Shown: one piece after another, positions 15,887 through 24,766 of the stretch
Numbering within the stretch: position 1 is the first letter of the stretch
Layout: the number at the start of each line of letters is the position of its first letter
Assembly: GCA_964546655.1 (NCBI GenBank)
Contig: CAZJKL010000001.1
Coordinates: forward strand, 69,751 to 133,750
Direction: 5' to 3'
DNA: 64,000 nt
Origin: an uncultured Bacteroidales bacterium
GTDB lineage: Bacteria; Bacteroidota; Bacteroidia; Bacteroidales; CAZJKL01
Notes under the pieces: generated by a model
What the model was told of the DNA's origin: nothing
Database searches by the model: none
What the model saw: only the letters and a program-made list of their open reading frames with translations
Made by a program: the position numbers and the translations under genes

Positions 15887-17490
15887 TGGAAATAATAAAT
15901 CAACATACTAAAAAAATAATGGAAGAATGTAAGCTTCGTGCAAAAGATGCCGGACTTAAATTCGATAGTGAAACATTAGAGTATATAGTTACTAATAAAG
16001 ATATGCTCGACCTTTCACCTAAAGTTATGATTCCTACCTTATATGACTATTGGGTTAATGATGTTGAAGTTTTAAAGGGTCAAGGTAAATACAAACTATA
16101 TCCATCAAATCCTTATGAAACAGTTATAAATTCACGCCCAGCTATTTCATTTTATAATGACAATAATCCCGATTGGATGAATATTATGATTTTTTATCAT
16201 GTTATTGGGCATATTGACTTCTTTCAAAACAATAAATTATTTGAACATACTTGGAATGATGATTTTGTTGGACAAGCTTTAGCTGATAAAAGATTAATAG
16301 CAAATTTGCGATTAACTTATGGCAGATGGGTTGATTATATTATAGAATTTAGCAGAAGCATTGATAACCTTGTTGGATATTTTCCTCATTTAGCTAAATT
16401 GCAATATAAAGGAGAGATGAATCCGCCGTCTAAAGTTGATTTTTATTTTGATAAATTTTTGCAAAAAGAAATTTCGGTTTCTTATATCGAATATTTTAAA
16501 GAAGTTGACAGATATAATAATGAAATAACCAATAGTCCAGAAAACGGCGAAAATATATTTTTCTCTAATATAAGAGCTAAATACCCAGAATTTAATTCAT
16601 TATATGAAACATTTTTAAATGAAGATGATGACGATTCTATTGATTTACTCGAATTTATAAATAGAAATTCACCTCTTTTAAACAAGCGAGATAATCAATG
16701 GATGAAGTCGGTTTTAAGTATTATTCGTAATACTTCGATGTATTTTCAACCTCAAATAAGAACTAAAATTGCAAATGAAGGTTGGGCTAGTTATTGGCAC
16801 GACAATTTATTTAGAAAAGACCCACGAATAAAAGGACACGAATCTGGTTATGCAAAATTAAATGCTGGTGTTACTTCAATAAGTAGAGTTGGTTTAAATC
16901 CTTATGCTATTGGTTTAAGATTGTTTGAATATGTAGAAGACCAAGCTAATAAAGGTAAATTATCGAGAGAATTTCAACTATTAAATGATGTTCAACAGCG
17001 TGAAGACTATAATAAAAATTGTAATACAGGGAAAGATTTAATTTTTAAAATCCGTGAAAACTTCTCTGATTTTATGTTTGTAAACACATTTGTTTCGCAA
17101 GATTTTGTTGATTATTATAATTTATTTGTTGTAGGTCAAAGATATAATCAACAAAGGCAAACTATTGAATATTACATAAAAAGCCGAAAAGCTCAAGATT
17201 ATAAAAATATGTTAATAGATTCGCTTTATCATCCACCTCTTATCTCGGTTAATAAAGAAAAAACTAATGAAGATAATTTATATCTAGAACATAAATTTGA
17301 ACATAAACAATTGGTTAAAGATTTTATTCCAGATACTTTATTGGGTATAGAATTTTTATGGGGAGGTCAGGTTCAAATAGAAACTACTGAAATAACTGTA
17401 AACAAACAAAGTAAAAACGAAAATCCTTTTGAATACAAAAAAGTGTTATATACAATAAAGGATAAAAAAGTAACAAAGCAAAATCTATAA
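15886..17490 (+). CDS. spoVR: SpoVR/YcgB family protein
   Basis: Conserved SpoVR-like blocks (YHVIGHIDFF, ANEGWASYWH). 1-nt overlap with the yeaH stop. Confidence 0.85.
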   Translation: MEIINQHTKKIMEECKLRAKDAGLKFDSETLEYIVTNKDMLDLSPKVMIPTLYDYWVNDVEVLKGQGKYKLYPSNPYETVINSRPAISFYNDNNPDWMNIMIFYHVIGHIDFFQNNKLFEHTWNDDFVGQALADKRLIANLRLTYGRWVDYIIEFSRSIDNLVGYFPHLAKLQYKGEMNPPSKVDFYFDKFLQKEISVSYIEYFKEVDRYNNEITNSPENGENIFFSNIRAKYPEFNSLYETFLNEDDDDSIDLLEFINRNSPLLNKRDNQWMKSVLSIIRNTSMYFQPQIRTKIANEGWASYWHDNLFRKDPRIKGHESGYAKLNAGVTSISRVGLNPYAIGLRLFEYVEDQANKGKLSREFQLLNDVQQREDYNKNCNTGKDLIFKIRENFSDFMFVNTFVSQDFVDYYNLFVVGQRYNQQRQTIEYYIKSRKAQDYKNMLIDSLYHPPLISVNKEKTNEDNLYLEHKFEHKQLVKDFIPDTLLGIEFLWGGQVQIETTEITVNKQSKNENPFEYKKVLYTIKDKKVTKQNL

Positions 17491-17496
17491 TTATAT

Positions 17497-19740
17497 ATGG
17501 CTAAAATTAAAAAAAACGAGAATTATAGTGAGTTAGAAGAAAAAGCTAAAAAGCTAGAAGGATTACTAAATTTAACTAGCAATATAATTGAAAATGAACG
17601 AAGAAAACCAATAACTTTTAATGATTTTCTTTTTAATACTTCTAATTCTCCAGACAAAACCTTAAGAAACATATTTCAGCTATTTAATGATATGATGAGT
17701 TTTTATGTAGGTGATGGAGTTGATGAATATTCTTCTGATAAATTTACTATAGGATTTAAAAACTATAATTTTGATAAATTATTTATAGAAAATAGCGAAA
17801 ATCCATTTTTTGCAGATAGATTATTTGCTAATAGACTTATGAATTTAACCGAAACTATTAGCTTAGGTGTTCAAACCAATAGATTTTATCTTTTCGAAGG
17901 ACCTCCTGGTAGCGGTAAAAGTACATTTTTAAATAACTTCTTAAAAAAATTAGAGGATTATACTAAAACCAAAGAAGGCACACTTTATACAACTTTGTGG
18001 AGAATAGATAAAAATAAAATAAATGATAAAGATTTAAAAATAGCAAATTCATTAAAAGATAATAAAAACGATTTTCTAGAAATTAGTTGTCCTAGTAATG
18101 ACCACCCTATTTTACAAATACCAAAATATTATAGACGCCAGTTTTTAGAAACTTTAATTTCAGACGAAGCTCTAAAAAAAGAAATATTTGAATCAAAAAA
18201 ATATGAATGGATTTTTAAAGATGATCCTTGTAGTATTTGTAGCTCAATTTTTAATTCATTAATTGATAAGGTTGATCAACCTCTTGAAGTTTTTGATATG
18301 ATTTATGCTAAAGCTCTCGATTTTAGTCGTCAGTTTGGACGAGGAATAAGTGTTTATAACCCTGGAGATATTATTTATAAAAATCCAATTGAAAATAACG
18401 AATTACAAAATAAAATATCGTCACTTTTTAATACCGATGAAATAAAATATGTTTATTCGCCTTTGTCTAGTACAAACAACGGTGTTTATTCATTAATGGA
18501 TATTAAAGAATATAATATCGACCGATTATTATCATTACATGGTATCATTAGTGATGGAGTTCACAAGGTAAAACATTTAGAAGAACATATTAGAACAATG
18601 TTTATCGGAGTTATTAACCCAGAAGATAAACGACATTATGAAAATATTAAATCGTTTCAAGATAGAATTACAACGATAAATGTGCCTTATATTCTTGATT
18701 ACAATACCGAAGTTAATATTTATAAAAATAAATTTGGCGAAAATATCGAAGCTTTGTTTTTACCAAGAGTATTGAAAAATTTTGCTAAAATAATTATTTC
18801 AACAAGGTTAGAAAGAAACTCACCTGCTATTCGTAAATGGATAAATCCTGACAATTATAGTAAACATATTGATAAAAATATGCTTTTATTAAAAATGGAT
18901 ATTTATACCGGAAAAATTCCAACTTGGATAAAAGAAAATGATTTAGATACATTTACTCCTGAAATTAGACGAAATGTTATTGGTGAAGCTGAAAAAGAAG
19001 GTGTAGCTGGTTTCTCTGGACGACAATCTTTAGTGATTTTCAATAACTTAATTAAAAAACATTCTTGTAAAAAGAAACTTATAACAATGGAAAACATTAA
19101 AAGTTTCTTTATCGAATATGATAATTTAGAGGCTAATGTTCCTGAAGGATTTATTGATTCATTAAACCAATTATATGAATTTAATATTTTAGAAGAAGTA
19201 AAAGAATCAATCTATTATTACAATAAAAATCAAATAGCTAAAGATATTCAAAACTATATCGAAAGTGTTAATTATGAAATAGGCGAACAATTTGTTTCTA
19301 AATACACAAATGATAATATCGAAGTAACCGAAGATTTTTATAAAAATTTCGAGTTTATTGTTTTAGGTTCAACGGTAAGTAATAATGAACGAAGACAATT
19401 TAGAAATAATGTTTTAAATGAATATATTAAAAAAACTTTGTCTCAAGAAATTAATGTAGAAAGATTAAAAATTACTGAAACAGAATTGTTTAATGCTTTA
19501 ATGGATAGATATATCCGTAACTTAAAAGATAATGCTTTAGCTCCTTATAGTAATAATGATAATTTCAGAAGGGCAATATTAGATTATAACAACAATGAGT
19601 TTAAAAACTATGATAACAAAATTAAAAAGAGCATAGAATTCCTTGTAAATAATATGATAAACAAATTTAATTATACAAAAGAAGGAGCTTTGCAAACAAT
19701 AATTTATGTAATTGATAAAAAATTAGATAGTCAATTTTAA
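17497..19740 (+). CDS. Second, divergent PrkA-like P-loop protein
   Basis: Walker A GPPGSGKST (17899-17925), preceded by a PrkA-like N-terminal region (FADRLFANRLMNL...FYLFEGPPGSGKS). Same operon, 6-nt gap after spoVR. Confidence 0.7.
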   Translation: MAKIKKNENYSELEEKAKKLEGLLNLTSNIIENERRKPITFNDFLFNTSNSPDKTLRNIFQLFNDMMSFYVGDGVDEYSSDKFTIGFKNYNFDKLFIENSENPFFADRLFANRLMNLTETISLGVQTNRFYLFEGPPGSGKSTFLNNFLKKLEDYTKTKEGTLYTTLWRIDKNKINDKDLKIANSLKDNKNDFLEISCPSNDHPILQIPKYYRRQFLETLISDEALKKEIFESKKYEWIFKDDPCSICSSIFNSLIDKVDQPLEVFDMIYAKALDFSRQFGRGISVYNPGDIIYKNPIENNELQNKISSLFNTDEIKYVYSPLSSTNNGVYSLMDIKEYNIDRLLSLHGIISDGVHKVKHLEEHIRTMFIGVINPEDKRHYENIKSFQDRITTINVPYILDYNTEVNIYKNKFGENIEALFLPRVLKNFAKIIISTRLERNSPAIRKWINPDNYSKHIDKNMLLLKMDIYTGKIPTWIKENDLDTFTPEIRRNVIGEAEKEGVAGFSGRQSLVIFNNLIKKHSCKKKLITMENIKSFFIEYDNLEANVPEGFIDSLNQLYEFNILEEVKESIYYYNKNQIAKDIQNYIESVNYEIGEQFVSKYTNDNIEVTEDFYKNFEFIVLGSTVSNNERRQFRNNVLNEYIKKTLSQEINVERLKITETELFNALMDRYIRNLKDNALAPYSNNDNFRRAILDYNNNEFKNYDNKIKKSIEFLVNNMINKFNYTKEGALQTIIYVIDKKLDSQF

Positions 19741-19856
19741 TATTATATTTTTGTATTTTAATATATTGAAAGTAAGTATATTAAATAATTTTGTTTAATC
19801 GTAACTTTATAAATATAAATTTAGGTTGTTGAAATAGGATATTAAAATAATTTTTA

Positions 19857-19864
19857 TAAATTTG
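19857..19864 (+). promoter_or_regulatory. Candidate -7 box (TAAATTTG) for thx-like gene, overlapping two TCGTAAT-type heptads
   Basis: TAnnTTTG match 33 nt upstream of the ATG at 19898. ttgtaat tcgtaat at 19862-19875. Confidence 0.45.
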
Positions 19865-19897
19865 TAATTCGTAATAACATTTTTAACAGTTAATTTT

Positions 19898-20200
19898 ATG
19901 GGAAAAGGTGATATTAAATCAAAAAAAGGTAAAATTTTAAATGGCTCTTATGGGGTTCGAAGAAGAAGAAAAAAATCTAATTCTTATATCCCGGTTGTTA
20001 AAGAAAAAACCGAAAAAGTAAAAAAAATTGAAGTTGCTGAAATAAAGAATGAAGTTTTAATTGAAACAGAAGTTCAAGAAACAGCTGACAAAAAAACTAA
20101 AGCTCCTGTAGCTAAGAAAAAAGCTCCTGCAGCTAAAAAAGAAACAACAGAAGAAACTGCTCCTAAAGCAAAGAAAGCAACAAGCAAGAAAAAGGAATAG
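19898..20200 (+). CDS. Ribosomal protein Thx-like N-terminus fused to Lys/Ala/Glu-rich tail
   Basis: MGKGDIKSKKGKILNGSYGVRRRRKK parallels Thermus Thx ([25 protein letters not shown]). The C-terminal ~70 aa are KAPVAKKKAPAAKK...APKAKKATSKKKE. Confidence 0.65.
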   Translation: MGKGDIKSKKGKILNGSYGVRRRRKKSNSYIPVVKEKTEKVKKIEVAEIKNEVLIETEVQETADKKTKAPVAKKKAPAAKKETTEETAPKAKKATSKKKE

Positions 20201-20229
20201 TATAAATTTATTTTTTTTGAAAAATTTTA

Positions 20230-20269
20230 TTAAGGGTTTTGCTTTCTAAGTAAAACCCTTAAGTTTTTT
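20230..20269 (+). terminator. Rho-independent terminator after thx-like gene
   Basis: ttaagggtttt-11nt-aaaacccttaa followed by gtttttt. Confidence 0.8.
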
Positions 20270-20366
20270 ATAGAACATTGTATCTAATCAATCTGTAAGT
20301 TAGCGGTCATGCTAAGAAGACACAGCGTTTCATAAATTATGGTTTTGTTTTTTAGATAAAAAGTTG

Positions 20367-20374
20367 TATTTTTG
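20367..20374 (+). promoter_or_regulatory. Candidate -7 box (TATTTTTG) just upstream of the immA-like ATG (near-leaderless)
   Basis: TAnnTTTG ends 6 nt before the ATG at 20381. Confidence 0.35.
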
Positions 20375-20380
20375 CAATAT

Positions 20381-21559
20381 ATGGCAGAGAAAGCATACAT
20401 AACGGCAAAAGTTTTTAAATGGGCAAGAGAATCAGCTAAAATGACTGAAGAAATTGCTGCATCTAAAGTTGCTGTTTCTATTGATAAGTTTAAGGATTGG
20501 GAAACAGGAGAAGATTATCCGACTATTCGACAGGCACAGACATTAGCGAAAGCGTATAGAAGACCATTTGCATTATTTTTTCTGCCTGATGTACCAAAAG
20601 ATTTTCAACCTCTTCAAGATTTCAGGAAAATAGGCTCAAAAGAATTAAGTACATCTTCAATTTTTATAATTCGAGAAATACAACAAAAACAAGCTTGGAT
20701 TAGCGAAGTAAACGAAGATAATAATGAAAATATAGTTCCATTTATTGGCAAATTCACTATTAAAGATAATCCAGTACTTGTTGCTAAGGATATTCTCGCT
20801 ACGTTAAATATCAACCCATTAAATTATAAATCTAATAATCCAATCATTGAATGGATTGATAAAGCTGAATCTAATGGGATTTTTATTTCAAGGACTAGTT
20901 TTATCCATTCAAGGCTAAAGTTAGACTCAAATGAAATTCAAGGTTTTGCAATTGCAGACGACTTTGCTCCTTTCGTATTTATTAATTCTGACGATTGGAA
21001 TGCTCCTCAATTATTTACTTTAGTTCACGAACTTTCTCACCTTTGGATTGCCGAGACGGGGATATCAAATGACGTAGAGCCATCAATAAAAAAAGCTGGT
21101 GATTATAATCCAATTGAATTATTCTGCAATGAAGTTGCTGCAAACGCACTAATGCCTATGGAATTTATTGATAGTCTTGATAGTAAGGCTTTTAATAATG
21201 CTAAAGAAGTTTTTGAAAATGCTAAAATAATTGGGGTTAGCTCTTTTGCATTATTGGTTAGAGCATTAAACCTTAACATTATTTCATTAAGTGCATATAA
21301 ACAATTGAAGCATATAGCCGACATTGAATATAACGAATTCTTAAAAAGAGAAGAAGCAAAAAAAATAAAGCAGAAAGAGAAAGAAAAACGAGGCGGGCCA
21401 AATTATTTTTTACTGCAACTAAACAGAAATAGTAGATTATTTACACAAACTGTATTAGATGCTTTTCGTGGTGGGGTAATTGAACCATCTATGGCAAGTA
21501 ACTTATTAAATGTTCAGGTAAATAAGTTTCCCAAACTTGAAGCACAAATATACAGATGA
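20381..21559 (+). CDS. XRE-type HTH fused to ImmA/IrrE (DUF955) zinc metallopeptidase
   Basis: N-terminal HTH-like segment (TIRQAQTLAKAYRRPFALFF). HEXXH = HELSH at 21026-21040. ATG at 20381 preferred over the TTG at 20372. Confidence 0.8.
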   Translation: MAEKAYITAKVFKWARESAKMTEEIAASKVAVSIDKFKDWETGEDYPTIRQAQTLAKAYRRPFALFFLPDVPKDFQPLQDFRKIGSKELSTSSIFIIREIQQKQAWISEVNEDNNENIVPFIGKFTIKDNPVLVAKDILATLNINPLNYKSNNPIIEWIDKAESNGIFISRTSFIHSRLKLDSNEIQGFAIADDFAPFVFINSDDWNAPQLFTLVHELSHLWIAETGISNDVEPSIKKAGDYNPIELFCNEVAANALMPMEFIDSLDSKAFNNAKEVFENAKIIGVSSFALLVRALNLNIISLSAYKQLKHIADIEYNEFLKREEAKKIKQKEKEKRGGPNYFLLQLNRNSRLFTQTVLDAFRGGVIEPSMASNLLNVQVNKFPKLEAQIYR

Positions 21560-22062
21560 GTATGATTAATAAAAAATTCTGCTTAGATGCTAATGTGCTT
21601 ATTCAAGCATGGCAAAAATACTACTCTCCAAAAATATGTCCAAGCTATTGGGATATGCTTAATGAATTAGGTGCTAATAATGTCATTTTCATGCCAGTGA
21701 TGGTCTATGATGAAATTGTTCGAACGGATGATGATTTATCAAAATGGTTGAAGTCAAGTAAAATTCCTATTAGAAAAATTGACGAGCAAGTAACAAAATG
21801 CTTAAAAGACATTTATTCTGCTGACCCTAACCACAAATATTTAGTTGATAATACAAAGGCAAGATCTTTGGCAGACCCATGGGTGATTGCACATGCATTA
21901 AGAGAGAACGCAACAGTCGTAACAAAAGAAGAAAAAGTAACAGCCATAAATACTACAAAAATAAAAATTCCTAATGTGTGTGAAAAGATGAATGTATCAT
22001 GGATTAATGATTTTCAATTGATTATTGAGTTAGGGATTATATTTAAGTGTGAAATGGAATAA
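21556..22062 (+). CDS. DUF4411 (PIN-like) protein, partner of the ImmA gene
   Basis: FCLDANVLIQAW...YY...DPWVIAHA...VVTKE pattern recalled for DUF4411. 4-nt overlap with the immA-like gene. Confidence 0.75.
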   Translation: MSMINKKFCLDANVLIQAWQKYYSPKICPSYWDMLNELGANNVIFMPVMVYDEIVRTDDDLSKWLKSSKIPIRKIDEQVTKCLKDIYSADPNHKYLVDNTKARSLADPWVIAHALRENATVVTKEEKVTAINTTKIKIPNVCEKMNVSWINDFQLIIELGIIFKCEME

Positions 22063-22275
22063 TAACAAAGCACGAACCGCAAACAATGCATATAAGCAAT
22101 GGCAGGGTTTGTGAGTGGTTGAAAGTTTTGTAACTTGCATTAAAAGTAACTCTGCTCGACAGAGAAGTTCTCCGAAGTCCGCCAAAGCTCATATGCTTTC
22201 CGTTAGCTATACCATTTAGAGAACCAACCTCATTTTGTTTATGCGTCGGTAACATACTGTGAATTGCAAACAAAT
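22063..22275. other. Relatively G+C-rich non-coding block of unknown nature
   Basis: Visibly higher G+C than its surroundings. The only ORF is an implausible 76-aa minus-strand one. Short hairpins ctctg-ctcga-cagag (22150-22164) and aaagc-tcatat-gcttt (22184-22199). Confidence 0.4.
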
Positions 22276-22341
22276 TATTCTTTTCTTGTTAACATCAATT
22301 ATTTTTTCTAATTTTGAAACTGATTTATTTCAAATAATTTA

Positions 22342-23346
22342 ATGTTTTTATCAATGAATTTACCAATTTATTTTTCGGCGATATATAATAAATATTTGGA
22401 AATAAAGGTTCAGAAAAAATTCAACAAAAGTTTCCTTATTCCTTATCTAAACGAACTAGAAGTAAAGTATAACGGTAATTTTGATCCTGTGCAGGTTCAA
22501 AAAATACTAAATTATTATGGATTATTTATTACTTCTTTTCTTTGCAGCAGCTATAAACAATTGTATGGTAAAAAATTAACCTCAGAAGAAAGAAAAAGAG
22601 CAACATTGTTTGGAATTTTAACTCCGGTAGTAGATGATATGTTTGATGTTGAAAAATCTGATATAGAAAGTATAAAAGCTATTGCTTTAAATCCCGAAAA
22701 TAGTTCACCTGAATCATTTTCTTCAAAAGTGTCTAGAGAAATACATGTTTTTGAAAAGCAAAATGTGCGTTATAAAAAAGAATACCTTGAAGCTTGCGAA
22801 AATTTACTGGAAATACAAATAGAAACTATAAAACAAACTAATCCCGAAATTTCACCAGAAGAAATTGAGCGAATTACTTATACCAAAGGTGCATGGTCGG
22901 TAATTATTTATCATCAAGTGCTTGATGATATTGCCGATAAACAAATGAAAGAAGTTTTATTTTTAATTGGCAGTTTATTTCAGCTTGGAAATGATACTTT
23001 TGATTGTTATAAAGATGTGAAAGATAATATTTATACTCCAGTCACAACCTGTGTTGATTTCGTCGCTTTTAAAAAGAAATTTCTCAACATATTACAGGAA
23101 ATGAATGTTAAAATAATGGATTTGCCATATAATAAAAAAAATAAAAAAGAATTTTGTATTGTTATAAATGCAATTAATGCAAGAAGTTTGGTGGCAATAG
23201 ATATGTTTATCAGGTTACAGAAAAAAATAGGCACAAAAATTAATTGGCATAATTTGGATAGAAAATCTATGATTTGTGATATGGGAAAACCTATTAATAT
23301 TATAAGGTGGGTTTATTATATTTTTCGTTTGCCGCTTTTGAAATAA
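22342..23346 (+). CDS. Uncharacterised helical protein with Asp-rich motifs (isoprenoid-synthase-like?)
   Basis: DDMFD (aa 98-102, nt 22633-22647), DDIAD (aa 195-199), NDTFDCYKD (aa 217-225, nt 22990-23016). No long hydrophobic TM segments. Confidence 0.7.
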   Translation: MFLSMNLPIYFSAIYNKYLEIKVQKKFNKSFLIPYLNELEVKYNGNFDPVQVQKILNYYGLFITSFLCSSYKQLYGKKLTSEERKRATLFGILTPVVDDMFDVEKSDIESIKAIALNPENSSPESFSSKVSREIHVFEKQNVRYKKEYLEACENLLEIQIETIKQTNPEISPEEIERITYTKGAWSVIIYHQVLDDIADKQMKEVLFLIGSLFQLGNDTFDCYKDVKDNIYTPVTTCVDFVAFKKKFLNILQEMNVKIMDLPYNKKNKKEFCIVINAINARSLVAIDMFIRLQKKIGTKINWHNLDRKSMICDMGKPINIIRWVYYIFRLPLLK

Positions 23347-23386
23347 ATATTAACCCAACGATAAAATATTTATAGTTATACTTCGG

Positions 23387-24637
23387 ATGAAAAAGTATAA
23401 TTTTGTTTCTGTATTATTTGAGTTATTTTTTATGAAATATATAATTTTAAAATTTATAAAATACTTTAGAGCCTTTTGGGTGTTTGGTGTTTGTTTTTCA
23501 TTTGTTTTTTTTCTAACAAATAATACTATTACAGCACAAACTCCTGATACAATTTTAATCAATCAACTTATAAAAGAAATAGCAAAAGAACAGGTAAAAA
23601 CTAAAACAGAATTATTTGAGGGAATGTTTCCTTCTTTTCGTGAATGCAGCGGAATACCACATAATTACCAACCCGATAATACAGTTTTTTTTACTGCTAT
23701 TTCAATTTTTACATTACAAAATCTTCTGCCTTATCTGAAAAATGAAAATAAAATTATTGCCGAAAATGTGATTGAAAACGGTATTAAAAGCTTTATTTAT
23801 TATAAAAATAAAAAAGGGCCTTTTTATGGTTTTTGGCCTACCGATAGTATTATTATGCCGCATACATATTATTTAAAATATCTTAAATGTATTTTCGGAC
23901 AAGGTGACGATGCTGATGACGCAGTGATGATTTTGATGGCTTCTAAAAGTAATGATAGTATTTGTAGCGTTTTAAAAAAACGTTTGATTGAAGTAAGTAA
24001 TTTGAACAGTAAAAGAATTTTTTCTACGTTCAAAAGATATAAAAACATACAAGCTTATAGCACTTATTTGGGATATAAAATGCCTGTGGATTTTGATCTT
24101 GGAGTTCAATGCAATATTCTTTATTTTATGTTCGACAGAAAATTACCTTTGGTTAAGCAGGATAGTGCTACAATTAAATTACTTCAACAAATTATTGCAA
24201 ATAGGGATTACATGAAACACCCTATTTATTTATCGCCATATTATGTAACATCGCCCATTCTTTTATATCATATTTCGAGGTTGATTGGGAAATTTAAAAT
24301 TAATGAATTAGAACCATATAGGCAACAATTGATTGATGATATAAGAAAATTATATAATAGTGGGAATACAATGGATAATATTATTCTAAATACATCTTTA
24401 ATTAGGTTAAAAGCAAAACCGTTTAGTTCAGAAATTAACTCATTAAGCGAATTTAAAAAAAGTGACCAAAATAAATTTATTTTTTTTCAGGCAAGAGCTG
24501 CATTTTGGTACCCAACACCTTTGAAACAAATTTTTCTTCATTTCAGATATATCAACTATTATTTTTATTGCCCTACTTATAACAAATTATTATGGTTGGA
24601 ATATCTTGTTGAAAAAAATAGCATCAGTTGGTGGTAA
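23387..24637 (+). CDS. Uncharacterised protein with N-terminal signal/anchor and a DxDD-like motif
   Basis: Hydrophobic leader ...FFLTNNTITAQ. GQGDDADDAVMILMA (aa 171-185, DDADD at nt 23906-23920). 41-nt gap after the previous gene. An alternative start is at 23432. Confidence 0.7.
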   Translation: MKKYNFVSVLFELFFMKYIILKFIKYFRAFWVFGVCFSFVFFLTNNTITAQTPDTILINQLIKEIAKEQVKTKTELFEGMFPSFRECSGIPHNYQPDNTVFFTAISIFTLQNLLPYLKNENKIIAENVIENGIKSFIYYKNKKGPFYGFWPTDSIIMPHTYYLKYLKCIFGQGDDADDAVMILMASKSNDSICSVLKKRLIEVSNLNSKRIFSTFKRYKNIQAYSTYLGYKMPVDFDLGVQCNILYFMFDRKLPLVKQDSATIKLLQQIIANRDYMKHPIYLSPYYVTSPILLYHISRLIGKFKINELEPYRQQLIDDIRKLYNSGNTMDNIILNTSLIRLKAKPFSSEINSLSEFKKSDQNKFIFFQARAAFWYPTPLKQIFLHFRYINYYFYCPTYNKLLWLEYLVEKNSISWW

Positions 24638-24744
24638 CCCTATAGACGAGATTGCAGACAATAACAGACAGTTAAGAAGTAGTAAATCTCATTTAACACT
24701 TTAGTTTCTTGGATAATAAATAATAAATAACTAAGGAAAATAGC

Positions 24745-24752
24745 TAAATTTG
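24745..24752 (+). promoter_or_regulatory. Candidate -7 box (TAAATTTG) for fic gene
   Basis: TAnnTTTG match 14 nt upstream of the ATG at 24767. Confidence 0.45.
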
Positions 24753-24766
24753 TAAAAAAATAAACA

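Noticed and set aside
22043-22273. 76-aa minus-strand ORF covering the G+C-richer block.
   Set aside because: It has no plausible start context, overlaps the DUF4411 stop, and has no recognisable domain. The region is kept only as an unexplained non-coding block.
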